A DNA stretch of 64,000 nt, from contig NC_042997.1 of assembly GCF_006345805.1 (NCBI RefSeq), positions 49,538,001 through 49,602,000 on the forward strand. The letters are read 5' to 3'. This document shows positions 24,974 to 37,466 of this stretch, piece by piece. Source of the DNA: Octopus sinensis (lineage: Eukaryota). The notes below the pieces were generated by a model. The model worked only from the letters and a program-made list of their open reading frames with translations, searched no databases and was not told where the DNA came from. The translations under genes and the position numbers were made by a program. Positions within the stretch are counted from its first letter, which is position 1. Each line of letters begins with the position of its first letter.

Positions 24974-26559
24974 GCTTTTCATCCTTTCGGAGTCGATAAA
25001 GTAAGTGCTAGTTGAACACTGGGGTCGATGTAATCGACTCATCCCCTTCCTCAAAATGGCTGCCATTGTGGCAAAATTTAAATAATAATAATAATAATAT
25101 AATAATAATAATATAATAATAATAATATAATATAATAATAATAATAATAATAATTATTATTATTATTATTATTATTAATAATAATAATAATAATAATTAT
25201 TATTATTATTATCATTATTATGGGCGTTTAAATTGCTGGAATTTTAACGAGTTCACCACTTCAAGGAAACAACGAAAAATTCCTGTAGGAATTCAAGGGG
25301 ATACAACCCCGAAATTAATATATGATTTTCTTTGACGTCATATTATTATTACTTTTATCTTGGGAAATACAAATGGCAGTTTAGAGATGTCACGTTTAGT
25401 TCCCTTATTTTGTTTCATTGTAAGTCTGTGTACTTGGAAAAATGTGTCTGTATGCGTGAATGACTATCTGAGGAAAATCCTATTCTGTTTTTTAATGTTC
25501 GTATTATATTCAGTATATAAACCAATGAACTGGCAGAATCATTAGCGTGTCGGGTGAAATGCTGAACGGTCATTTTTTTTTCCGTCTCTTTACGCTCTGA
25601 GTTCAAATTCTGCCAGGGTCAAGTCTTCCATTTATCTTTTCGGAGTCGAAAGAGTGAGGTGTTAATCAAGTACTGCGTTCAATGGTAGCACAGTTTGTTG
25701 TTCGTTGCACTCACCTATTTCCAGTCAGTGTTAATAAGCAGATGCAATAGTTTGACATCTTACTCTTATCTTTTCTCACTTAGCAGAGGGTTTAAACAAT
25801 TTCCTTTCAGACGCTCTTTATAGTTTAACTTACAAATATTGTAATCTCCGTTTCACTTTGTCATTATAACAATCTGTCCATCCATCTCTCTGTCTCTATG
25901 TTTCCCACCTCTGTCTTTGTGCGCGCGCACACACACACAACAACAACTACTACTACTACTACTACTACTACACTACTACTACTACTACTACTACTACGAC
26001 AACAACAACAACTACATGCACAGCCCAAGTCACACTTTCACTAGAATTCCAAGATAATAAATTCAGTGTTGAAACCTCTCGATTTCTGGTTTCTACGAAA
26101 TTTGAGAATGGTCTTGCTTCCCTTTCGCAAAAGGAGTTTTCCAGTGGAAGAAAGAAAGAAGAAAAAAAATAGAAAGATAAAAAGAAGAATAAAAAACAAG
26201 AAACGACAGACTTTTATCAGACAAACAGCAACACGAACACGAATTCACCACAAAATGTAATAAATAAAGAAACGATATGATTTCAATAGAATCATTTTGA
26301 CCAAGAATATTTCACCTGGAATAATTAAAGTTCATCTGTAAGAAAGGAACGAACTTCTCGCAGGGAATAAAGTTCCGACAAGGTAAATAAATAATATTGT
26401 TGTGACAATAAATATTTTAAAAAACTATGAAAGTAGAATGTCAGCAGAATACTATAAAATTCAAAGAAAATATTACAAAAGTGATTTGAAACAAAGTACA
26501 AAGTAATAAGATGAAATGAAACTGATTTAACAAAGATGTTACAATATGGTTACTCGGTA

Positions 26560-27143
26560 AGGGCGGCGAGCTGGCAGAAAGGTTAGCACGCCGGGCGAAA
26601 TGCGTAGCCGTATTTCGTCTGCCGTTACGTTCTGAGTTCAAATTCCGCCGAGGTCAATTTTGCCTTTCATCCATTCGGGGTCGATAAATTAAGTACCAGT
26701 TACGCACTGGGGTCGATATAATCGACTTAATTCGATTGTCTGTCCTTGTTTGTCCTCTCTGTGTTTAGCCCCTTGTGGGTAGTAAAGAAATAAATATTTC
26801 GTCTGCCGCTACGTTCTGAGTTCAAATTCTACCGAGGTCGACTTTGCTTTTCATCCTTTCGGGGGCGATTAAATAAATACCAGTTACGCACTGGGGTCGA
26901 TGTAATCGACTTAATCCGTTTGTGTGTCCTTGTTTGTCCCCTCTGTATGTAGCCCCTTGTGGGCAGTAAAGAAATAGGTATTTCGTCTGTCTTTTACGTT
27001 CTGAGTTCAAATTCCGCCGATGTTGACTTTGCCTTTCGTCTCTTTCGGGGTCGATAAATTAAGTATCAGTTACGTACTGAGGTCTATCTAATCGACTGGC
27101 ACCCTACCCCCAAAATTTCGGGGTGGGGGGCAGAGTAGAAAAG
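26560..27143 (+). mobile_element. Trimeric SINE family B insertion
   Basis: Three consecutive TATTTCGTCTG...GGGGTCGAT units; direct repeat AATATGGTTACT at 26543-26554 and 27144-27155. Confidence 0.85.
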
Positions 27144-27214
27144 AATATGGTTACTGAGCCTGTTAGAAATAGCCTTTTCTAGTTCTAAATATCATAATGT
27201 CATACATTCCACTT

Positions 27215-27600
27215 TGAGCAAGTGTCTTCTACAGTAACACTGGGCTGTGCGCGGGTTGGTGAGCGGAAAGTGAAAGAAGCCCGTCATAAACATGTGTGTG
27301 GTGTGTGTGTGTGTATGTGTGTGTGTGTGTGTGCGTGCGTGTGCAACGCACGTACTGTGTGTGTGCGCGTGTGTAGATATCTATGCCTGTGTGTCTTTGT
27401 GTTTGTGTCTATCCTCTGTCATTGCTAGTAAACAGGTGCTGGCTTGTTGTTTATACACCCGTAACTTAGCGGCTTGGCCAAAGACTGACAGAATAAGAGC
27501 CAGTTTTAAAGAAATAGTACTGGGATCGATTCATTTGGCTAAAACGCTTCAACGCGGTACTCCAGTTTGGCTGCAGTCCAATGACTGAAATAAGTAAAAA
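27215..27600 (+). mobile_element. Degenerate SINE family A
   Basis: GCAAGTGTCTTCTAC...GAAGCCCGTC, microsatellite, then AATGACTGAAA tail. Confidence 0.7.
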
Positions 27601-27616
27601 ATAAATAAAACATAGA

Positions 27617-27670
<54 letters not shown>

Positions 27671-27699
27671 TATATATAATATATATATATATATGTAAG

Positions 27700-28006
27700 T
27701 GGAGGCGCAATGGCCCAGTTAGGGCAGCAGACTCGCGGTCGGAGGATCGCGGTTTCGATTCCCAGACCGGGCGTTGTGTGTGTTTATTGAGCGAAAACAC
27801 CTAAAAGCTCCATGAGACTCCAGCAAGGGGTGGTGGTGATCCCCGTTGTACTCTTTCGCCACAACTTTCTCTCACTCTCTCTTCCTGTTTGTTGAGTAAC
27901 GCTGCGATGGACTGGCATCCCGTCTAGCTGGGGTGGGGGAACACATACGCCGCAGAAACCGGGAAATCGAGCCCATGGGCCGGGCTAAGCTTGAAAGGGG
28001 GCGACG
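27700..28006 (+). mobile_element. SINE family C (tRNA-derived head)
   Basis: GGAGGCGCAATGGCCCAG...GGTTTCGATTCCCAGACCGGGCG with A/B-box-like motifs; homologues at 50940-51183 and 61750-62043. Confidence 0.8.
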
Positions 28007-29255
28007 TTTATCGTTATATGTAGATATGTAAGCGAAAATAAAGAGAATAGTCACTGTTGAACGGCTTTTATCATACGCTGACGCGCGATCACCTCCCCTC
28101 ATAAGACTAAAATGATTCCTAATATAATCATAGGGTCTAAAATTTAAGGGCTGGACTTGATTGGTTAGATCAACACAATCAATTTTCTGGCATTTCGTTT
28201 TGTTTACTAATTCTTTGTAGCTACAAATCAAATCACTCCTAAAGTTTTGAAGAGAATAACACATTGCATAATGTATTCCTAGGTACACTATGCTTGTAAT
28301 ATTTGAAAGGAAAAGACAATCGCGTATGTAATGCTTTTGATCATGGATTTTACTTGATTAGGGCAGATATATGACTATTAGATATTGAAAGAAGTCACTA
28401 GAATAAAACACGAAACCTCAGTGCGTGTGTATCTAAGTCTCCTTTCATTTGCACAAACATTAAACAACGGCTGATGTCAATAGAAAAGGCTACACCCGAA
28501 AGAATTTCTATAATAACTGAATATAACATTCAATGAACTCCTTTGGCTTATCGGGTTAAGAAGTATGTATTACGTAAATCTAATATTATTTCTATCGTTC
28601 TCTCTTTCTATCTCTAAAGATATCTATGACTTTATATATGTTACTTTACACTGATGATGCAAAATATGCGAAACAGATTGTCTTTTTTTTTTAATACACA
28701 CATATAAGAAGTATATGAAATAAATTAAATCTAACTGCATAGATATAACGTTTTCTGTCACTTGCAAAATCTTTCTTGATTTTCTTCACTCGATTTTCTC
28801 TATTGCTCGGAAAATGGGTTACCTTATCAACGAAGCTTGTTCATAAGAAATATGATAATATTTTAACCTTCAGACGCAAGCCAGACTGGGTAGCTTCTAC
28901 CACGCCATCGTTGTTTTAGGTGCCTTTGTAGTGATAATCAGATATAGACATCCTCTGACCTTCCAATACTTGATACGGCAGGACGTCAAGGTTACAAGTG
29001 CAGAGAAAATTGCAAGCGGAGTAACTTAAAGTGGAGTGTCTTCCAATAAGACACAGGTACTCTCCGTCCTAGAATCGCCCCCAAAACATTGCAGTTATAA
29101 GCCTAACAGCCGAGTCACTTGCCCACAAACCTTCGCGTGTATATATATATTCTTTTATTCTTTTACTTGTTTCAGTCATTTTGACAGCGGGCACGCTATA
29201 TATATATATATTATATATATATATATATATTATATATTATATATATATAATATAT

Positions 29256-29304
<49 letters not shown>

Positions 29305-29312
29305 ATATATGC

Positions 29313-29366
<54 letters not shown>

Positions 29367-30042
29367 ATATTATATATATGAATGTGTGTATGTATATATG
29401 TATATTTGGTATGTATATATATATATACATATATCAGGTGTCGGGCAAGTTGCTTTACAGTATTTGTTCCTGCTCTGTGGTTCTGATTTCAAATCTCGTC
29501 TTTCGTCATTAGAAAATTATGGCCCTTCGGACCCAAGAAGAAGGAAATAAAAACCGTGGTAGTTTCAAGAATTTCTTATGTAAATACCCAAGTGCTGTAG
29601 CTCATCAATCTAATATGCCAACAACACCAGCTGTCAGGTGAGAATGCAAGGAGTAGTTTTCAAGTCGTATGCACTGTCGATACACACACATGCTTAGATA
29701 GATAGATAAATACATACATATATACATACATAGATGCATATATATATATATATATATATACTTATATGAAGTTCTAATCAAATTGACCCTCATGATAAAT
29801 TCCACTCAATTATCAGAAGTGAGTCCCGCCCTTAGTAAACGTTAAACTGATTTTAAAAGTGCTTTAAATAGACATTTTAAAGTGTATGTATGTATGTACG
29901 TATGTATGTACTTAAATATACATACACAAATGCACACATCTGTGTGTTTGTATCTATCTATCTATATATATATATATATACACACGTGCATGCATACATA
30001 CATAAATACATATGATACACATATATATGGGAAGAGAGATGC

Positions 30043-30078
<36 letters not shown>

Positions 30079-30682
30079 ATGTGTGTATGTGTGTGTATGT
30101 GTGTGTGTGTATGTGTCTGTCTGTCTGTCTGTATTCGAGAGCGCGCGCGCGTACGATAGGCTAAACAGGTATCGACCTCTTTTACCTCTATTTTCAATAA
30201 ACGTACAATTTTTTTTTTTAAATGTTACCTCTGTTTATTTTATGACTTGATATGAACATCTTATTCTTTTTTCTTTACTCTTCTCGCCCGCTCAATCCTT
30301 TGATGTATGGTAGATAACATGTTCGAGTTTTATTTGCAATCTTTTATAAGATCTTACTCTTTGTCTCTCATAGGTTATCTTACGAAAATAACTGGCGTCT
30401 CTTTTCCGGACTACGCGTACTTCATTGTTGCATTTCATTCTGTTCAGTTAAAAGTCTTTTTTTATCGTTTTTTTATAAGTTATTCATCACTTCACTATTC
30501 TTAGTTATTCTTCGACGTACTTGAACTAGGCTGATTATGGAGTTCTAAAGTGAGATTAGATGTGTCGTGGCGACTGTAGACATACAGGGCCGGTTAAAGG
30601 TGCCAGGCTACCGGTAATTCTGATACTTTTGCAGGAGTCCCAACGGGGTTAAATAGAGACCCTCGTCATGTATTTGGGGATT

Positions 30683-31070
30683 TAGGCGTGGCTATGTGGT
30701 AAGAAGCTTGCTTCTGAACCACATGGTTCCGGGTTCAGTCTCACTTCATGTCACCTTGGGCAAGTGTCTTCTACTATAGCCGCGGGACGACCAAAGACTT
30801 GTGAGTGGATTTTGTAGACGGAAACTGAAAGAAACCCGTTTTATATATTTATGTACACACACATATATATATTCATATATATGTGTGTGTGTGTGTGTGT
30901 GTGTCGGTGTGTTTACGTCCCCGAAATTTAGCGGTTCGGCGAAAGAGACGATAGAATAAGAACTAAGCTTACTAAGACTAAGTGCTAGGGTCGATTTTTT
31001 TCGATTAGAAAACCATTTAAGGCAGTGCTCCTGCATGGCCACAGTCAACTGACAGAAACAAGCAAAAACA
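30683..31070 (+). mobile_element. SINE family A
   Basis: Family A homology. Confidence 0.8.
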
Positions 31071-31109
31071 TAAAAGAATGAAAGAATATAAGAACACCTC
31101 ATTTCTATT

Positions 31110-31269
31110 GTTTTACATTATTTACATTATTTACATTTGACGGATATTTGTCCTCATCTTGTTTGTTGTTAAATCAACGTTTTGGCTGATATCCCCCCCC
31201 CCCAGCCTTCATCAGGTGACTTGGGGAAATTTCGAACCTGTGTTCTCATTCCTAAGGTATTTTTCGATG

Positions 31270-31272
<3 letters not shown>
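31110..31272 (-). mobile_element. Penelope-like pLTR relic with hammerhead motif (inverted partner at 32080-32240)
   Basis: Reverse complement CAC-CTGATGA-A-GGCTG...CAGCC-AAAACGTTG. Confidence 0.65.
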
Positions 31273-31319
<47 letters not shown>

Positions 31320-31321
31320 GT

Positions 31322-31508
31322 TAGGCGCAGGAGTGGCTGCGTATAGGCGCAGGAGTGGCTTTGTGGTATGTAGATTGCCTACCAACAACAAGGTTCCGAG
31401 TTCAGTCCCACTGCGTGACATCTTGGGCAAGTGTCTTCTACTATAGCCTCGGGCCAACCAAAGCCTTGTGAGTGGCTTTGGTAAACGGAAACTGAAAGAA
31501 GCCCATCG

Positions 31509-31563
<55 letters not shown>

Positions 31564-31572
31564 GTGTTTGTA
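31322..31572 (+). mobile_element. SINE family A head (duplicated 5' end GGCGCAGGAGTGGCT)
   Basis: Family A homology; ends in (TG)n abutting family D. Confidence 0.8.
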
Positions 31573-31574
31573 TA

Positions 31575-32046
31575 TCTGCTACAGCAAATATTCTGCTCAA
31601 TACCACAAATTTGCTTGTTGTTTGACCATAACCAGTTGTTTGACCTTAAACAGTTGACCATGTCCCTTAGTGGCTGACGATATGTACATGTCTGACCACC
31701 AGCAGAAGTAGTGAGGGAGCATCATAGCCGTGTGTTGAAAGGACTTCTTGGAAATTTGGATAATTCACTTTTGGAAACATGGGTGGTTCGTTCAACATCC
31801 TTAAACAATTCTTATTCAGGGACCTTTTGAGCGGGATGGGCTACTCGACCAGAAGAAAATTCTAACTGGGCCCCACCTGCAAGGTCATGCGCTGTTTATC
31901 TTGATATGAGATCACCATGTCGCGCACATATGGTTGTGATGCATGTGCCTGGTGTACCCTTATCAGAAGGTAGTCATGATGGGTATACTGGGCTTCGTCT
32001 ATTTTACCCCAGGGTCACTTTGATGGCATGCACTGCTCTCTCACTC
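31575..32046 (+). mobile_element. Family D, 5'-truncated copy ending in (AAT)n
   Basis: Reverse complement of 24385-24840. Confidence 0.8.
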
Positions 32047-32079
32047 AATAATAATAATTATAATAATAATAATAACAAT

Positions 32080-32240
32080 AACATCGAAAAAATACCTTAG
32101 GAATGAGAACCCAGGTTCGAAATTTCCCCTCGACACCTGATGAAGGCTGGACGGTATATCAGCCGAAATGGTGTGTTAACAAGAAACAAGATGAGGACAA
32201 ATATCCGTCAAATGTAAATAATGCAAATAATGTACATAAT
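32080..32240 (+). mobile_element. Penelope-like pLTR relic with hammerhead motif
   Basis: ACAC-CTGATGA-A-GGCTG(GACGGTATAT)CAGCC-GAAA-TGGT-GTGT at 32133-32176. Confidence 0.65.
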
Positions 32241-32719
32241 CCCTCATCTCCTAAATATAGAACTGTATTACCTTAGTTCTATATTTAATCAGTTGTAATA
32301 AGCGATTGATTCTTGCGTTTACAGGATTTGCTCCTTTGAAAAAATTCGTGTATGTGTGTGAGTGTACATGTATATACGAACACACATACACACATACACA
32401 TACACGTATAAATATATATACGCTCAAACATATATTTACTTGGTGGGGGGCACCAATTTGTCTGGGGGTTCCAGTGACCCTGGGGCCTGTTCCGTAATAG
32501 TAACATACTTATTTGTTGAGTCTCGTTTAATGTTTATAGGGCCGTAAAACGTACTTTAAACCTCTGATGAGCAATAAGCTACGTCGCACAATCTGTTTTT
32601 AATTCTGTTTTCTTTCTCGAATTTCGCATCGTATAGGAGACCTAGTGGCTGAGAAAAAAAAAATAGTGTTAATACAAACACAAACACACAAACACGCACA
32701 CAAAGGTTCATAAATTCAA

Positions 32720-32946
32720 CGGCGAGCTGGCAGAAACGTTAGCACGACGGGCGAAATGTGTAGCCGTATTTCGTCTGCCGTTACATTCTGAGTTCAAATT
32801 TCGCCGAGGTCGACTTTGCCTTTCATCTTTTCGGGGTCGATAAATTAAGTACCCGTTACGCACTGGGGTCGATATAATTGACTTAATCCGTTTGTCTGTC
32901 CTTGTTTGTCCTCTCTGTTTAGCCCCTTGTGGGTAGTAAAGAAATA
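32720..32946 (+). mobile_element. SINE family B with TSD
   Basis: AGGTTCATAAATTCA on both flanks. Confidence 0.88.
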
Positions 32947-33664
32947 GGTTCATAAATTCAGCTTGAAATTATTATTGATTTCAAATTTTGGCACAAAGCC
33001 AGCAATTTCGGATCTCTAGCGTTCAACTGGTACTTATGTTATCGATTCCTTAAGGCTGAAAGGCAAAGTCGATCGGAATTTTAACAGTTTTAAAATAAAA
33101 TTAACTGAAACGAACACTTCAACACCCAACTTCTGCATACGAAGACACAATGCTAATTCTTCGACTAGCAAAGATTATGCAAAGTAATTTTCGTCTTGCA
33201 CAAAGATATGACGAAGATCAAAGAAATACCTCAATGTTAACCCATTTACAAATGCAGTGGGGTTTCACATATGTAATATCGTAAGTTTAAAAATCTTTGA
33301 TCTAAATGGAATATGCAAACAATGAATACACACAGATCAAGAAAAATCAATATTGTCATTGTCAGAGCGGCATGGATTTACACCCTCAAATTATTTAGAA
33401 GAAACTGAAAATTAATATTTTATGCAAAATATATTCGTTTACTCGAAATGTGTGAACGTATATTTTGCACAGTCGCGTAGCTAGGTGGTGAACGGCCGAC
33501 TTCGGGCAACGATTTTATTGGGTCGACACTTATGAGCCGGCTGTATAAGCTGATATAGGTTGGGGATGGGTGTTCATCAATCTAGATGGCCTGCAAAGAG
33601 AGGTATGTAATCTTGTTACGCTAGTGATCCCGCATATGCTACATCCATACAATTATATTAACTT

Positions 33665-33868
33665 CTGGCAGAAACGTTAGCACGCAGGGTGAAATGCTTA
33701 GCGACATTTCGTCTTCCGCTACGTTCTGAGTTCAAATTCCGCCGAGGTCGACTTTACCTTTCATCCTTTCGGGATCGATAAAAAAAATACCAGTTGCGTA
33801 CTGGGGTCAATCTAATCGACTGGTCTCCTCCCCCCAAATTTCGGGCCTTGTGCCTAGAATAGAAACGA
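33665..33868 (+). mobile_element. SINE family B, short-tail variant, with TSD
   Basis: AATTATATTAACTT on both flanks. Confidence 0.85.
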
Positions 33869-33931
33869 ATTATATTAACTTGTAAACCCCACCTTACAAC
33901 ACACATTCACAAACACTCACACACACTACAC

Positions 33932-33990
<59 letters not shown>

Positions 33991-34332
33991 GTGAACTTTG
34001 TCAGTTATCTCTATTGACATTTCGATATCTTCAGGTGCTTCTTCCAGATTTATTTTCAGATAGCACAAGGAGTAAGTAACCACAGATGAAAATATTTATT
34101 TTTGATAATATTCTAAGAACAAAAGAGAAAGAGACGTAAATTACTGCCTGCGAAAATTAATTTTAAATAAAAATTTATAAAATGAATTAATAAGAGGAAG
34201 CCTTCTTTAGGCCATAGTTTATTTTCCTCCTGTGCTAGTGATTCTACCAGCTCGCCGTCTTAATTATCAGGAAAGTGTTCGATAGTTGAAAAGAACAAAT
34301 TGCATGGTACCAGAGACTGCAGACAGCAAACC

Positions 34333-34560
34333 ATGTGTTTGTAAGTCCTGGTGTTTTTGTTATGTATTTGTCTGAATATTTTTTTATCATGCCTAATGCA
34401 CCTACTATGATAGGAATTGTTTCTGTTTTCAGATTCCACATTCTAGTTACCTCTATTTCCAGGTCTTTGTATTTTGAGAGTTTCTCCATTTCTTTTAGAG
34501 ACACGTTGTCATCTGCCGGTATTGATACATCAATTAGAAAGCATTTTTTTTCTTCATCAT
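34333..34560 (-). mobile_element. R4/Dong RLE fragment, same family as 22953-24320
   Basis: VSLKEMEKLSKYKDLEIEVTRMWNLKTETIPIIVGALGMIKKYSDKYITKTPGL; adjacent (TTA)n. Confidence 0.88.
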
Positions 34561-34572
34561 CTCTTATTATTA

Positions 34573-34617
<45 letters not shown>

Positions 34618-34649
34618 GATGATGATGATGATGATTATGATTACGATGT

Positions 34650-34716
<67 letters not shown>

Positions 34717-34805
34717 AAAATTACTTTTAAAACAAACTTCTAATTTACTTATTTTGACAGACCTCTAGAACAATATTTTGTGCAAAACGAAAAATATGGC
34801 ACAGG

Positions 34806-35032
34806 TACCTTTTGAGCGGGATGGGCTATTCGACAAGAAGAAAATTCTAACTGGGCCCCACCTGCAAGGTCATGCGCTGTTTATCTTGATATGAGATCTC
34901 CGTGTCGCGCACATATGGTTGTGATGCATGTGCCTAGTGTACCATTATCAGATGGGTAGTCATGATGGGTATACTGGGCTTCGTATATTTTACCCCAGTG
35001 TTACTTTGATGGCTTGCACTGCTCTCTCACTC
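34806..35032 (+). mobile_element. Family D, 5'-truncated copy followed by (ACT)n/(AAT)n
   Basis: Homology to the family D 3' portion. Confidence 0.8.
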
Positions 35033-35034
35033 AA

Positions 35035-35097
<63 letters not shown>

Positions 35098-35143
35098 CAC
35101 TAATAATAATAATAATAATAATAATAACAACAACAACAATAAT

Positions 35144-35175
<32 letters not shown>

Positions 35176-35559
35176 TGTAGTATTCGCAGCTGCAGCATAT
35201 TATTTAAAAAAAATAATGATAATATGCTGCAGCTAATACTAAATACTACTAATACTACAATAACACTAGAACTACTACTATTATGATATCACAGGAATCT
35301 GAGCCCCAACTACCACCTTTACAACTACCCCCACATCTGCGACTGTTGATGTTGCTGCAATCACTGCTGCTACTACACATAAAAAGAATAATATCAGTGA
35401 TATCAGTGATGATAATAATAAGAATAATTAAAGGAAACGAGTGGAGCCTCCTCATGGGCTGATTAATGATACATCTAGTGATGGTGTCACAATAAAAACA
35501 CTGGTAATTGCGCAACCTGATAATCGCTACCTCATTTGAGTGATAATGAAAAAACAATG

Positions 35560-35778
35560 GTAATGAAACTGAAGCCAATGATGGTGACAGTGTCACACCC
35601 GGTAGGCTTGGAGATTCTGGTCCGGCTCCAGCCCGCCCATGTCCAGAAAGGGACTACCACACACGGCGTAAATGGAACAAGCAAATTAATGCTATGATCA
35701 TGGAGTGTTACTACCTGAGCAGCACGGTAGATGAAAAAGATGCTCAAATTAGTGGTTACCGACAACGTATGTATGATA
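35560..35778 (+). mobile_element. R4-clade retrotransposon N-terminal fragment
   Basis: RRKWNKQINAMIMECYYLSS...SGYRQRMYD resembles the R4/Dong N-terminal KW...MECYY...GYRxRM motif. Confidence 0.65.
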
Positions 35779-35787
35779 ATGATAATA

Positions 35788-36315
35788 ATGCCCTGATGCA
35801 ATACTAGGTAGTGGCTCTCATGGCTTATCCAATCTTTGCTGATTGGAAGCGTTATCACATATATGTTTTGTCTTGGTGTAAAAGATGGGCTACAGCAAAT
35901 ATTCTGCTCAATACCGCAGGTTTTCTTGTCAGTTGCTTGACATTAATCAGTTATCCCTTGGTGGCTGACGACATATGTATTTTTGATCACGAGCAGGAGT
36001 AATGGGGGAGCATCATAGCCATATGTTGAGAAGGATTCTTTTGAGTTTGACTAATTCAACTTAGGAAACATAGGTGTTTCGCTCATCATCCTTAAACAAC
36101 CTTTATTCAGGCACCTTTTGAGCGGGATGGGCCACTCTACCGGATGAAAATTCTAACTGGGCCTCACTTGATATGAGATCCCCATGTCGCTCACACTTGG
36201 TTGTGATGCATGTGCTTGGTGTACCCTTATCAGAAGGGTAGTCATGGTGGGTATATTGGGCTTTGTATATTTGTATTCCAGTGTCATTTTGATGTCATAT
36301 GCTGCCCTCTCATTC
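35788..36315 (+). mobile_element. Family D, near full-length diverged copy between AAT repeats
   Basis: Starts TGCCCTGATGCAATAC and ends CTCTCATTC followed by (AAT)n. Confidence 0.78.
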
Positions 36316-36359
36316 AAAAATAATAATGGTAATAATAATAACAATAATAATAATAATCT

Positions 36360-36570
36360 GTCCCTTTTTAGGAATCAGACAATATATTTAGGAAGCTATT
36401 CACAATACACTGCGCGCGTACCACCTTAAAATTAGTGTGGACAAAATGTACTTACCAATAAAAGTAGGAGGCAGAGGTTTGTTCAATACAGACGACATTA
36501 CGATATCGGGTTTGAAAAACTATGTCGTGCCTAGTGCATAAAGAACACTCTCTGCGGCCAGAAGTATTCA
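36360..36570 (+). mobile_element. R4-clade RT thumb fragment
   Basis: SVDKMYLPIKVGGRGLFN, compared with DxxRLYxxRxxGGRGL. Confidence 0.6.
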
Positions 36571-37390
36571 AAGAGTCGCTGTAACAGACTCTCTAAGGAT
36601 TCTGCCAATTTATGACCTCTATTTTAAATTACTTCATGAGAAGAAGAAAATACAAGCCATGTCTTCATGACTTTTTCAAGGGCATTAGTGGGTGAGAAAG
36701 CTTTAACCAGGTCATCGGCCTTCCCCATAGAGAATATGAAAAATATGACGTCATTCTGAAGCTACTAACGCAATATATTATAATAATAGTATGGAAGTAA
36801 AAAAAACAGTATAAACAATTAAATAATAAAAAAAGGAAGCTGACAACGAGTGTTTAATTAATTTTTCCTAATTTTTTGTGACAACTAAAGGAAGTTGAAA
36901 GATTCTTAAACTCCTCATCAAATATCTTTTTTCTTTAAATTGAAATTTCTTCTTCCTGTTTAGTTTCCTAACTTTTTTAATGTTTCAATGTTTTTCTAAG
37001 AGAACACTTAAAACAGTCTAGGCTTTGTGAGTGAAGAGATTTTTAACGACAAAACGCTTCAGAGACAGAGAGTATAAAATCATATATATTTATTTACTAC
37101 AAAAGCAATCTCGTAACAATAAAAGAATTTTCTTTGGCCATGTTTGATATGTGTTGATAAAATTTATCATAATTTTCTTTTTTTAAGTCAACAAACTTTA
37201 TTGTTGATTTAACCAGTCGTGATGAAATTTGTAAATGGTCGACGTAATTTATTTTTACGTTCCAATTTTCTTAGGAGAGAATGCTGAACTAACTGTGTTA
37301 TAAGGTTTAACTTAGTTTACATTCTGGTATCAAATAAATTACCGTTTGTTGCTCAAATATCTCTTTTTGTCTGTCTATCTATCTATCTAC

Positions 37391-37466
<76 letters not shown>

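Noticed and set aside
26560-27143. CRISPR-like repeat array
   Set aside because: The units are ~200-bp SINE monomers with no unique spacers, in a eukaryotic context
28651-28682. Hammerhead core CTGATGA-T-GCA...TGC-GAAACAGATTGTC
   Set aside because: The core and GUC are present, but the 3' strand of stem I is poly-T and cannot pair; at best a decayed relic
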